NCBI GenBank assembly: GCA_051362555.1
Contig: CM120640.1
Coordinates: 992,001-1,056,000, forward strand
Direction: 5' to 3'
DNA: 64,000 bases
Source: Lingula anatina
Lineage: Eukaryota > Animalia > Brachiopoda
Shown here: in pieces, positions 41,860 to 54,600 of the stretch
How positions within the stretch are numbered: position 1 is the first letter of the stretch
Layout of the letters: every line of letters begins with the position of its first letter
Position numbers and translations under genes: made by a program
The notes under the pieces: generated by a model
What the model was told of the DNA's origin: nothing
Seen by the model: only the letters and a program-made list of their open reading frames with translations
The model's database searches: none

Positions 41860-44800
41860 ATGGTTAAGTTGACAATGGACATGATAGCGCGGTGTACCTC
41901 CGGCTACACCAAGAAGAAGAGAGACGAGAGTATGCAGCACTACCTGAAAAGACTGACACACTTATATCTGGAGGACAGGAACATTGATGATATTGTAAGT
42001 CAATATATATACAGGGAGGAGATTTCTTTTGACTCCTGACTTTTTGGGTGGTGTTGGTGCTTACAACAGTAATATATATAGTATATATATATACTGACAG
42101 GCTAACTGTGAAAACAGTTTGTTAACTGACATGTTGGTTTTGTTTTCAGGGAGATTATCTTACTATGTGCCAAAATCTGATCGTTTTATATCTCTATGAC
42201 AACAGTTTGATAACTGATATGCTGGTTTTGTTTTCAGGGAGATGATCTCGCTATGTGCCGAAATCTGACCGTTTTATATCTCTATGACAACAAGTTACCC
42301 AAGGTCCCAGTGCTGCTTCAGAACCAGAACTTAACACACCTGTACCTGCAGAACAATCACATCACCAGAATGGAAAACCTGGCACCGCTACGGAGGCTGA
42401 CAAAACTGTAAGTGGCAACGTATAACAGTGACAGTACTTAGTAGTTCTCTTTCACTGTTCAATATATCATATTATTTTTTACCAGAAGTTACTAGTAGAT
42501 AGATAGAATTGTTATCCAGAATTTGATTCTTAATTATTTATATTATGGTCAGTTATAACTTAGTAGTTACTCATCTTTTGTAACTCTTTAAATTTACAAG
42601 TGTTATGGTCAACTGAAGTATAGTTATGATTGTTTAACAAATTTCTTATGAGAAATGCAAATATGATTTTTTCATTTAAACAAAGAGAGTGAATTTTTCA
42701 ATTGAAAAAACTGTAAACATTTTTCTTCCAGTTACTTGGGTGGCAATTCAATCACAGTTGTAGAAGGTTTAGAGAAAATGGACATGCTGCAAGAGTTTCA
42801 CATAGAAAATCAGAATTTACCACCAGGAGAAAAACTGCTATTTGATCCAAGATCACTAAAAACACTATCAGTAAGTAGATCAAGAAACAGGACCACAAAA
42901 CATTTAAGAGATGAATTTTTTTAGAAAAAGTGTAAAACATGCAATTGGGGCTCTAGTTATTTAAATAAAACAATAGAAAACCATCTGTTGATGTGTAGGG
43001 AATCAATAATCAAAACACTATAGAATATGCATAGAAAACCTTTGATCATATTGATTTTACTTCTTTTACCTCACAACCCTGTGGAGGGTTTGGCATTTAG
43101 GACCACTTTGAAACCTGTGTTATGTTAAGCTTCTCCTACACCTTTATCCCCTTTATTCCTAATTATATAATGTCAGGTGAGTGCCCAGCTTATAATAAAC
43201 CTCCCATTGTTACAAGGCATGCTCCAGTTCATGTTGATGAATAACTTGTTATAAGGTGGAGCAAAGGTTTATTAATACAAATTACACATTTGGGTGGGGG
43301 AGATCCCTGCTGTAGCGTAGGGAGAGCTTAATTAACATTGATACCAGTATCAGTATGCTTCTGAAGAACACCTGGTATTGTGTATGCAAGGCCTGTGGTA
43401 CAGTGAAGAAAAATTCAATATCACATTGATATCAAACTAAGGGGCAGATTGAGGCGGTCTTCTGGGTCTTTCTTTTGGAAAAGGTCAAAAGTGGAGGATG
43501 GATCTACTTAGATAATTTGGAAGACTGTTAAAAAATATCTCTGGATTTGCCCCTGAAACTGATAAAGAATATTGTGTAAAATTGTAATAAAAAATGAAAA
43601 ATTAAAGATAAATGTTTGCTTACTTTCCTTATGAGTTGTACCTGTACTGTACATTAATAGATATGATGATACATGAACAAATGATCTTTTCACTTGTGCT
43701 GAAGTTTTCTGTTTGCTGATATTTTTTATGTACAGACACAGATGTGTCTGTACATATAGCCATCATCTGCGTCTGTCGTCGCCGTCGCCGTCGTCGCTGT
43801 CGTCGCCGTCGTCGCCGTCGCCGTGCACTTTTACCGATAACACGATAAGTGGAAAACCATTTTACCTTTTGACTTGAAACTTGCAGAACTGATGAATATT
43901 CATAATACGCAGGTCAAGTTCGAAAATCAGCATGATCGGGTCACTTTTAGGGAATTTATGCTGTTTTTTCACTTTTTTCAGCATATATGCAGCACCGATA
44001 ACACGATAAGTGGAAAACCATTTTACCTTTTGACTTGAAACTTACAGAATTGATGAATATTCATAATACGCAGGTTAAGTTCGAAAATCAGCATGATCGG
44101 GTCACTTTTAGGGAATTTATGCTGTTTTTTCACTTTTTTCAGCATGTATGCAGCACCGATAACACGATAAGTGGAAAACCATTTTACCTTTTGACTTGAA
44201 ACTTACAGAACTGATGAATATTCATAATACGCAGGTCAAGTTCGAAAATCAGCATGATCGGGTCACTTTTATGGAATTTATGCTGTTTTTTCACTTTTTT
44301 CAGCATATATGCAGCACTGATAACACGATAAGTGGAAAACCATTTTACCTTTTGACTTGAAACTTACAGAACTGATGAATATTCATAATACGCAGGTCAA
44401 GTTCGAAAATCAGCATGATCGGGTCACTTTTAGGTAATTTATGCTGTTTTTTTCACTATTTTCAATATAAATGCAACACTGATAACACAATATAAGAAAA
44501 ACGGATTGGCCAATTGTAATTATACTCACAGGAGTGGTCAATCTTACTAAAACGCAGGTTGAGTTCGAAAATAAGCATAATCGGGCCATTACTTAAGAAG
44601 TTATACTGTTTTTTCACATTTCCTCAGATTCAATTATTAGGCATGTTAACAGTCTCATTATTTAACTAATAAGATGCCTAAAAGTGTTTGTTTGATATTT
44701 CCTGCATCTTTACAACATTGTTAGTTGATTATGTAAAAAACATGGTAAACTTGTTATCATGTATTGTGTAATAAAGTGTCAAAAATGGAAATAAACTCAT

Positions 44801-47659
44801 ATCATTGCAGTTTGTCAGATTCAATCATCCACTATGTTCAGAATCTCAGAATGGAGGAAATTGGACATTTAACACTGTTCTATTGATACTTTTCCCATCT
44901 CATCAATTTTTTTAGTTGGACATATAAAAATGGCAGTAAAATGTTTATTTTGTTTTATGTTAAAAAAGTGTTAAAAATGGAAATAAACCCATTTCAGAAC
45001 AGTGCTGTCTTGTTTACATTTTGGCATTATCAAGGCTTGACTTTGAAGTTCCATGGGCCTGAAGACCTTTGCTAGTCACATTTTCTGAATATCTGTGATA
45101 CAAATATTTTATAATTAAAAATTGATGGTCATTAAGCTGTTAAACTTATGTAATATTGCATCAAAATTTGAAGAAACCCCTATTTTGGGCACTGCTTCCA
45201 TGATGACCATTTAAGGAAAATCATGTCACTTACTGTTCTCAAACTTACAGGATAGAAACATGGGACTAAAATACAGCTTCAGTAGGCAATGCAGTCTGTT
45301 TGGTTAATTTTTCTGGCAATTTAACAGTTTTTTGTGGAAATTTAATTTTTCACTTATTTGCATCTTTATTTTCTGTTCTTTGTCTGTACATTTGACAGCT
45401 TTGCTGCCTTGTTATTTATTTAAGGTACAATTACAACAGCCTTTATTTCATTTATTTGTCATCTTTTATTGTACAATGTCTGAATTTTATAACGACAAAG
45501 GCCCCAATTTTATTTTATGCCCAGCAAGGCTTTATTTCAAATATTAGTTATAGGATATAAGTATGGAGTGGAGTGAGGAGGAGGGGAGGGGATTTTGTGA
45601 TTTAAAGTTTATAATGTTTGGTGGAAGATTTGCATTTGTCTTTGATGTGGAAGCGAAGCTGAATATTTTATGTTATTGATCTTCCATGAAAAGTCAGTGT
45701 AGACTGCATATGTACACATTGCTGATTTCTATCCTGTGTCTTAAAAAGCACTAAGAATTTATACTGTTGGCATGTTATGACAGTATTATTGATTCATGTG
45801 CAATTTTTTTCATTAACTTAAGGTATCTCTTTATCTGTTGCAGTAATTACACACTCCTGTCTCCTAAATATTTAACCTCAGTTGATGAGAAAATATTGTC
45901 AAGAGACCAAGAATTGTAAAGAAAGTGTCTGTGTCTAGAGTCTAGACAAATTAAAATCAATGAGTGGTGTGCAACTGGCTTGGATGGAAAACTTGTGTCT
46001 TTACTTCACATATTATTGCTCTGTACTTGGTCTTACATCCCTTCATTTAAAAATTACAAAGAATGTCATTATAAGATATAGGAGAAAATTTACAGCAAGC
46101 ACATATGCCATTACATACATAATATTATATTACTAGTGCATATACTGTAGTCAACTCACAGGCAGGGAAGCCAGCATACGTAGTATTGTGAAAGCAAAGT
46201 ATTTTTTGTTGTCATTTCAAGAAAACAGTCCACGCTCTAGGAGGCACTACCTTTCATCAGCACAACTGAAATGAATAGAAAAGTTTGTAAAATAAACATG
46301 CCTGGTGTTTGTCATGGGTAACCCTAAAACCACCTTGTGTTATTTTCAGTTTTTTCATGTGTGTGCACCAATATTTGCTGTGTTGGAAAAAGCAACAAGG
46401 TGAAGATAAGATATTTACTTTTATTGCAGCACAGCAGTCAGAAGAATTTAGACTTGATGTGAAACAAGTTCTAAAGTGTTGGTAGAGGGATTGGGTTTTG
46501 TTGACTTTTACTTTATTGGTTAAGTGGATTTTCTTGCCTGCAACAATCGAGAAAGATTTTGAAAATACCTGCTGCAAGAAAAAATATTTGACAGTTGTAA
46601 ACAACAACAATGTGACAGGTTATGTACACTTATACCCTGGGTATTTTATAGCACAGGTGAATTTTTCAATCATGGGCTATATGGTATTGTACATGTATGA
46701 TATACTGTACATACTATTACTATATACTAGTATACCAGGTACTACATTTAGTACTGGTGCCTGTAATAGTATGGATCAGGCAACTGCATATAAGCATCAT
46801 GGTTTATGTAATTGATTCTGTATTTCTCAACCTTTTATTTGAAATACTTTATTTACAAATATAGCAAATAATTTTTTCCCAATTGTCTTGCACATATTGG
46901 ATTTTAGGATAGTACTCTTAATTGTCTTTGATTCAGATTGCAATACTGACCTACAGTTGAGACTAGAGGACAACATTTTAATCATTAAAAATATATCTCA
47001 TTCTTTTTTTTTTCCAGATGTGTTTACAGGTGCTAAATGTGTCAGGCAATAATTTGGACAGCATCCGTGAGCTGGAGTGTCTGAGAGAGTTGACACAAAT
47101 CATGGCAAATGACAACAATTTGAATGACATGCGTGAGCTGGGGCACCTGTTGACAGCCTGGCGCAGTCTGTGGAGGCTAGAGCTGATAGGAAACCCCATG
47201 TGCCACAAGTCGAAATACAGGGACAGGGTCATTGTCATGGCTCATAGGTTAGGTAAGAAACAAAGAAACACTAGGTTAGTATATCAAGCCTGTAGCCAGA
47301 GGGGGGTTTGAACAAACCGGCCTTTTTCCCATGAAAAGGTCCATTCTGGGTAAACTTTGATCTAGGCATAGGTCCACTTTTTCGGAAAAAGAACCCCACC
47401 CTCTTTTGAAATTGCTGGCAACAGGCCTGATGATGATGATGATGATTTACCTGAAGTGAAGGCTTCAAAGTATGAGATAAAATGATACATGCATTTTTCA
47501 CCAGATTTCTTTTCTTTATGCCTATAAAATTATTTACAAATTATGATTGACCTGTCTCAAAAATAAAGAAAATAATATTCTACTTTTCTCTGTGGATAAT
47601 TTATTACTTTTTATGTACAGACACAGATGTGTCTGTACATATAGCCATCATCTGCGTCT

Positions 47660-47691
<32 letters not shown>

Positions 47692-50152
47692 GCACTTTTA
47701 CCGATAACACGATAAGTGGAACACCGTTTTTGCTTTTGGCTTGAAACTTACAGAACTGGTGAATATTCATAATACGCAGGTCAAGTTCGAAAATCAGCAT
47801 GATCGGGTCACTTTTAGGGGATTTATGCTGTTTTTTCACTTTTTTCAGCATATATGCAGCACCGATAACACTATAAGTGGAAAACCATTTTACCTTTTGA
47901 CTTGAAACTTACAGAACTGATGAATATTCATAATACGCAGGTCAAGTTCGAAAATCAGCATGATCGGGTCACTTATAGGTAATTTATGCTGTTTTTTCAC
48001 TTTTTTCAGCATATATGCAGCACCGATAACACGATAAGTGGAAAACCGTTTTACTTTTTGACTTGAAACTTACAGAACTGATGAATATTCATAATACGCA
48101 GGTCAAGTTCGAAAATCAGCATGATTGGGCTATTTTGAGGGAATTTATGCTGTTTTTTCACTATTTTCAATATAAATGCAACACTGATAACACAATATAA
48201 GAAAAACGGATTGGCCAATTGTAATTATACTCACAGGAGTGGTCAATCTTACTAAAACGCAGGTTGAGTTCGAAAATCAGCATAATCGGGCCATTATTTT
48301 AGAAGTTATACTGTTTTTTTCACATTTCCTCAGATTCAATTCTTAAGCATGTTAACAGTCTCATTATTGAACTAATAAGATACGTAAAAGTGTTTGTTTG
48401 ACATTTCCTGCATCTTTACAACATTGTTAGTTGATTTTGTAAAAATGATGGTAAACTTGTTATCATGTATTGTGTAATAAAGTGTCAAAAATGGAAATAA
48501 ACTCATATCATTGCAGTTTTTCAGATGCATTCATCCACTATGTTCAGAATCTCAGAATGGAGGAAGTTGGACATTTAACACTGTTCTATTGATACTTTTC
48601 CCATCTCATCAATTTTCTTCATTGGTCATATAAAAATGGCAGTAAACTGTTTATTTTGTTTTATGTTAAAAAAGTGTTAAAAATGGAAATAAACCCATTT
48701 CAGAACAGTGCTGTCTTGTTTACATTTTGGCATTTTCAATATGTGACTTTGAAGTTCCATGGGCCTGAAGACTTTTGCTAGTTACATTTTCTGAATAACC
48801 ATGATACTAATATTTTATAATTAAAAATTGATGGTCATTATGCTGTAAAACATTATGTAATATTGCATCAAAATTTGAAGAAACCCCTATTTTGGGCAGT
48901 GCTCCCATGATGACCATTTAAGGAAAATCATGTCACTTACTGTTCTCAAACTTACAGGAAAGAAACATGGGACTAAAATACAGCTTCAGTAGGCAATGCA
49001 GTCTGTTTGGTAAATTTTTCTGGCAATTAAACAGTTTTTTGTGAAAATTTAATTTTTCACATATTGGCATTTCCAAGGTGTGACTTAGAACCTCCACGGG
49101 CTTGAAGACCCATGCTAGTCACATTTTGTGAAAATCCATGACACTTATATTTTATTATTAAAAATCGATGGTCAGTATGCTGTTAAGCATTATGTAATGT
49201 TGCATCAAAATAGAAGAAAACACAATTTTTGGTGCTGCTGCCTTGATGACCATTATGGGAAAACCGTGTTACTTATGACTGTCAAACTTTCAAAAAAGAA
49301 ACACAGGACTAAAATGCAGCCTGAGTTAGAAAAGCAGTCTAATTGGCTTCTTTTTCTGGAAGTTATACATTTTAGTGTAATATTCATTATCTTTTTGGCA
49401 TATTCATTGTGGGACTCGGAGCTCCCATGGACATGAAGCCAAATGGTAATCATATTTTCTACATGTCCATCCTATTTATAGTCAATAAACAAAAATTGGT
49501 GATAATAATTCTCTAATTTATTATGTAATGTTACATCAAAATTGACAACAATCTTTTTGCACTGCTACTGCAAACATTATGAAAAGAAAACTGTGCTACT
49601 TATTATAATTTTAAACTTACAAGTACGATTTTTAGGATTGGCCTTCAGCTCATGAGAAAACCAGCTCTATTGGATTATCATGTTTATTGTATTTATACAT
49701 TTTTTGTGAAATTTTCATTTTTCTCATTCTGGCACTTTCTAAGTATAAACTTGAACTCTGATGGGCCTGGAGCCTTATGCTTTTACTTTCGTCTGTGTTA
49801 CCTGTTGTGCATAAGTTGATGTTGACTGTGCAGTTAAACATAATGTATTATTGCATCAGGATTGGTAGTCTCCTATTTTGGGCATTATGGTTTTGTGCTT
49901 TTCTTAAGGTGTGACTTATGGGCCTGAAGACCTTTGAGTGGGTCAGTCTGTAAATTACCCTTGGGTATCACTAGATTAATTTCAGAGTTATAAAGTCATT
50001 TGCTTTAATAGGCCATTAAATGAGATTACGTAAAGCACACTTGTTGATATTTCCCTGTAAACTCCCAAAGGTAAAGCTCTCTGCTAGATTAATAATAAGG
50101 AAGCAGTGATAATTATGCAGGTAAATTTTGTTTAATATTGCAAATAAGTTAG

Positions 50153-50210
<58 letters not shown>

Positions 50211-51556
50211 AACTGGAAGATTAAATGTTTGAATAGCATCTTCATTGGAATTATATTTACCTCAAGCTCTGCCAAGGGGGTTATATTTTCACCCCTGTTT
50301 GTCTGTCATCCACATAACACAAAAAGTTATGGACCAATTTTGCAGAAATTTTCAGGAACTGTCGGAAGTGGGCCAAAGAGGACAATGATTAATTTTTGGT
50401 GGTGGTCCGGATCAATAATCAATCAATTATCAATAATAATCAACAATTGCTGCCTTGGCAGAGGTCTGCACTCTCAAAGTGCTTTTCTAGTTTTGTTGTT
50501 TTCCTTTATAATTTTTTCTCAAACACTTGCATTTGTGACTTTTAACTCTCATCTGCCTGGGGCTCTGCACATTTTCTGTATTTCTACATAAGCAGTTGTA
50601 TTGTTTTTTATGTCTTTAAACATTATGTAATATTATTTTATGCACTGTCATCATTTTTCAAATATTGAGACTTTCATAATGTGAATTTGAACTCTCATGG
50701 TCCTGAAACTGTAATCTTATTGAAGGGGTGGATTGAGACCATCTTCTGGGTCTTCCGGAAGACAGTCAGGTTATTAACTTTATATTGACTGGTATCTATT
50801 TTTTTCTGTTGGAAGACCATCAAAATGGAGGATGGATCAACATAGATACTTTGTAATACTGTCAGAAAATACCTCTGGGTCTGCTCCTGTTATTGACCAT
50901 GTTACCCGTTGTGCAAGATTAAAATTCAGTGTTGACTGACAGTGCTATTATAAGCATTATTTATTATTGCATCAAAATTGACAAAATGACCTTTTTTGCA
51001 TCTTTATTTTCTGTTTTTTGTCTGTACATTTGACAGCTTTGCTGCCTTGTTTATAATTGCTTCTGACTTGCAGAGTGGTTGAGGTGATTATGAAAACAGT
51101 CCTCATTTTAGAAATTAAAATGCCTATTTGTCTGCATCTTTACTGGGATTCACTTGTGACACCAGCATCTTGTTTTACAGAGATTTTAGATGGTAAGGAA
51201 ATCAGTGACAATGCAAGACAGTTCCTGGAGAATTGGCAAGCTTCAAAAGAAAAGAGGAGAGATATCCTCAGTAGGAAAAATACAGAAGATACATTAAATT
51301 TAGGTGAGAATTTGTTTTTATGACTTATGAGTCGGGAATTTCAGTATTGTGGTCAATTTGACTGATATGTAGATTGATATGTGCAAAATGTAGAAAAATA
51401 TATATTTATTTCTTTTAGACTTAAAGATCTGACCAAACAATGATGGATTCTCTAATTTTTACAATATCCCAAGTAAAATAAAGATCAAACTTCTGGATGT
51501 TGTTACAATATTTAAAATAATTTTAAAATCTGTTTGGGAGAGAGAGAGAGAGAGAG

Positions 51557-51607
<51 letters not shown>

Positions 51608-51621
51608 TTGTCTGAGTGAGA

Positions 51622-51653
<32 letters not shown>

Positions 51654-54600
51654 CTGTGTTATAGAAGTCAGTCCAGACCACTATAATCATTATCCTCTAC
51701 CCCCAGGTCACCTGAAGGACAAGGACCTGCCCCCTGTGGCCTTCCCCAAACATGGAGGTATCCCAGGCTACATCATGCCAGGTAAGAGACACCCCCTCCC
51801 CCCCTCCCCAGTCCTGGGTCAAATACCATAGAGTACACCTGTAATATGTACTGTTTGTATAGCTAGTATAAGGAAGGAGAGTAATACAGCAGTACATATG
51901 AATTATTTTATAATTGTGTAATATGAGCATATTTGTTGTATGGCACACATGGGCTGCTATACAATATACATGTATGTAAATGACATAAGAATGCTCTAAT
52001 GGGGGGGGGGGGGGTCAGTAAATTTGATCTAATCAGCCAACTAGTAACTGACAAATGAACAATTTTCAAGGGGCAGTGTATATTTATTTTTTTCCTTCCT
52101 ATTCCCAATGGTAGGTTTACCCAGGAAGCAGTTTGATGATATCCTGGCCCGTTCTGCTAGTCTACCCAACTCTGCCGTCCAACCCCACAGGACCCCCAAG
52201 GCCCCCCTGGGCCCTAAGTCTCACAGTGACCTGGTGGGACCAAGGTAAGATAGCAGCCAAATTTATTTTCTTTAATGAGCTTGAGATGACCAGAATAGTG
52301 TGTTCCTTTGGTGAAATGGCTTATTAATGTAATTTACCAAGAAGATGATGTGATGATGTGACTACTCAATTTAAAAATGAATTAATTCACCTTGATTACT
52401 TTTCTATTCTGTAAGTTAATTGTGTTTATCATTTGGCTTACTGTGCTCATGTAGTAGTTTTACATGTAATAGCCAATGTGTTGCTGGTAGCACTAAATGT
52501 ACACCTTAGACATTTTTGTGCTTAGAGCATAGATTGTTTTTCATAGTTATGAGCACAATATAGTGCATCATTAAGACAGTGCAATACAGTGTAGATCATT
52601 GCTAACAGCATTAACTTATGTACTTTGGCTTTGTTTGATAAATATGTTAAGTACTAATAATGTAATCAATATAATTTGATAGAGTTAGATTTGGACCGTT
52701 TGTGGAGAAAAGTGCTCCTCCAGCCAGGTACAGTAATACAACCTGCCTGTCTTGGCTATACTTTACATCTTCTGTTTGTGGAGTCTCTAAGCATGTGCTG
52801 TGCTTTTGTTAACTTGGCATGGCACTTAATTTGCATGTGAAGGGCTGCAGGTTTATCATATTGAGCATTATATTCAAACCTCATAAACGATGATTGCCGT
52901 TTGTGACTTGGGGCTACAAATTAGTAATTTTGATCACCAAATTAATGACTTATACCCCAACTTCATGGTCTGATTGTGTAAATACTGTACCACATTATTG
53001 GCTGCAATAAAACAATTTGTGAGGTTTTGGCTGGCTTTCACTGAAGTCTCTTACTGGTCATATGTGGTATCTTTTTGTTGATCACAACCATTTTAAATAT
53101 AGCAGAAGGTAAACATTGTCAGAGGTTCATTAGGCTCATTCAATTAGTCATCAATTAAGTGATCAAAATCACTACTCTAGATCTGCAATTAAAAGTCACA
53201 AACGGCTATTTTCTTAAAATTATAATCACTGATATTTACAGTCAGCTGGCATTCTTTGCTTCCAAATGTTGTGTTATTGTTAAATGAAGTGGCATAAATG
53301 TTTGGGCCCACTCTGGAAGAGAAGATTTCACTGAAGACAGATAAAATATATTGAAATTTGACTGAGGGAAATGAAAATCTTCTCCAGTATTGTTTTGATG
53401 AATATGTTAATGTTAGAAGAAAGAAAAAAGAAGCAAAAAGAGGGGCAAATATTGAGAATACCATTGACACTTATGTGTAGTGTACGGTGCATGCTCAGCA
53501 TGTGCTCTGTTGATAATATGTATTGTAATTAACTCTATTGCATTGTATACTTGTTCTGTGTAGTTTTCAATATTTCACTAATAAATGTAAGTACAGAAGG
53601 TATGATTTTCAGATCAGAGTAGACTGTGATCCATTATATATAATTTTTTTTTCGTATTTTAAGATTATATATTAGATCATAGACATTTATTATTAACTCC
53701 ATGATAACAGCATGCCTTTAAGAGAGTGGCTTGTCTCTGTTTTTAGCATAGCTTCTGCCATGCATTTGGAGTGAAGTTGACAGAAAATATTAAGTTGTCT
53801 TTCATCATTTTGCATAACTTTCACTTGTGTTTATTTTTTAAATATTTTCCCCCTTTTTTCTGAGTGCCTGTGTTAATTATCTTTTGCAGATTATTTCCAG
53901 ATATTTATTCTGGCCATTTCTTTAAAACTCATCAACCAGACATGGACTATGATCCCCAATCTTAATTCTTGGACCCCGCAGAGTGATTCCCCAGTGTAAG
54001 CAGTCAAATCTTGGGCACTGTTTTTTTTAAATTCAATATTCTAACACAACCATTGTCATTTTCATTTCTCCATCACCATGCATGTAATGCCTACTAAGTA
54101 CAGTGTATGGTCCACAGTTTTGGTGCAGTTTAACATTTGGAAACATCTAACATAATTGTTGTCATGTAATGTCACCCGCCTTCACCTCCCCATGTATATG
54201 TCCATACTCTGTCTGTATTTTGCTGTGTTTTTTAGAATTTTATTTATTTATTTATTTAATTATTTTTTCTTATTTTGTTTGTTATGCTGCTGATGCCTTG
54301 GTTTATTTTTGCTTTCTTAAGATTCTGAAGTGAAGCTCTCTCATAATTTCGAGTGAATCCAAGTGCAAATGAATGTTTTTTATTCTATAGATGTGAAAGT
54401 GGTTTGCTTTTTCAGTCAAATGATTTAAACAGCTCTTGAATATTGAATTTTAAACAAGAAAAACATTGTCATTGATAGTAGTTAAAAGTGTTAATAGATT
54501 TATATACATGTAGCATTCAACAAATTCCTGTTATGTGGAACTTAAATTGTTTGGATTTTCTCACATAACTTAAAATAAATATACTAGTACATGTACACAT

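Larger units (their letters stand above)
47610..51052 (+). mobile_element. HINE copy 2 (longer, ~3.4 kb, with nested insertions)
   Basis: Same 5' hairpin and microsatellite as copy 1, 3 plus 1 core repeats, near-identity to copy 1 up to ~49070, about 1.9 kb of extra sequence, then the same 3' end (GCATCTTTATTTTCTGT..TGTCTGTACATTTGACAGCTTTGCTGCCTTGTT) at 50998-51052. Confidence 0.85.
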
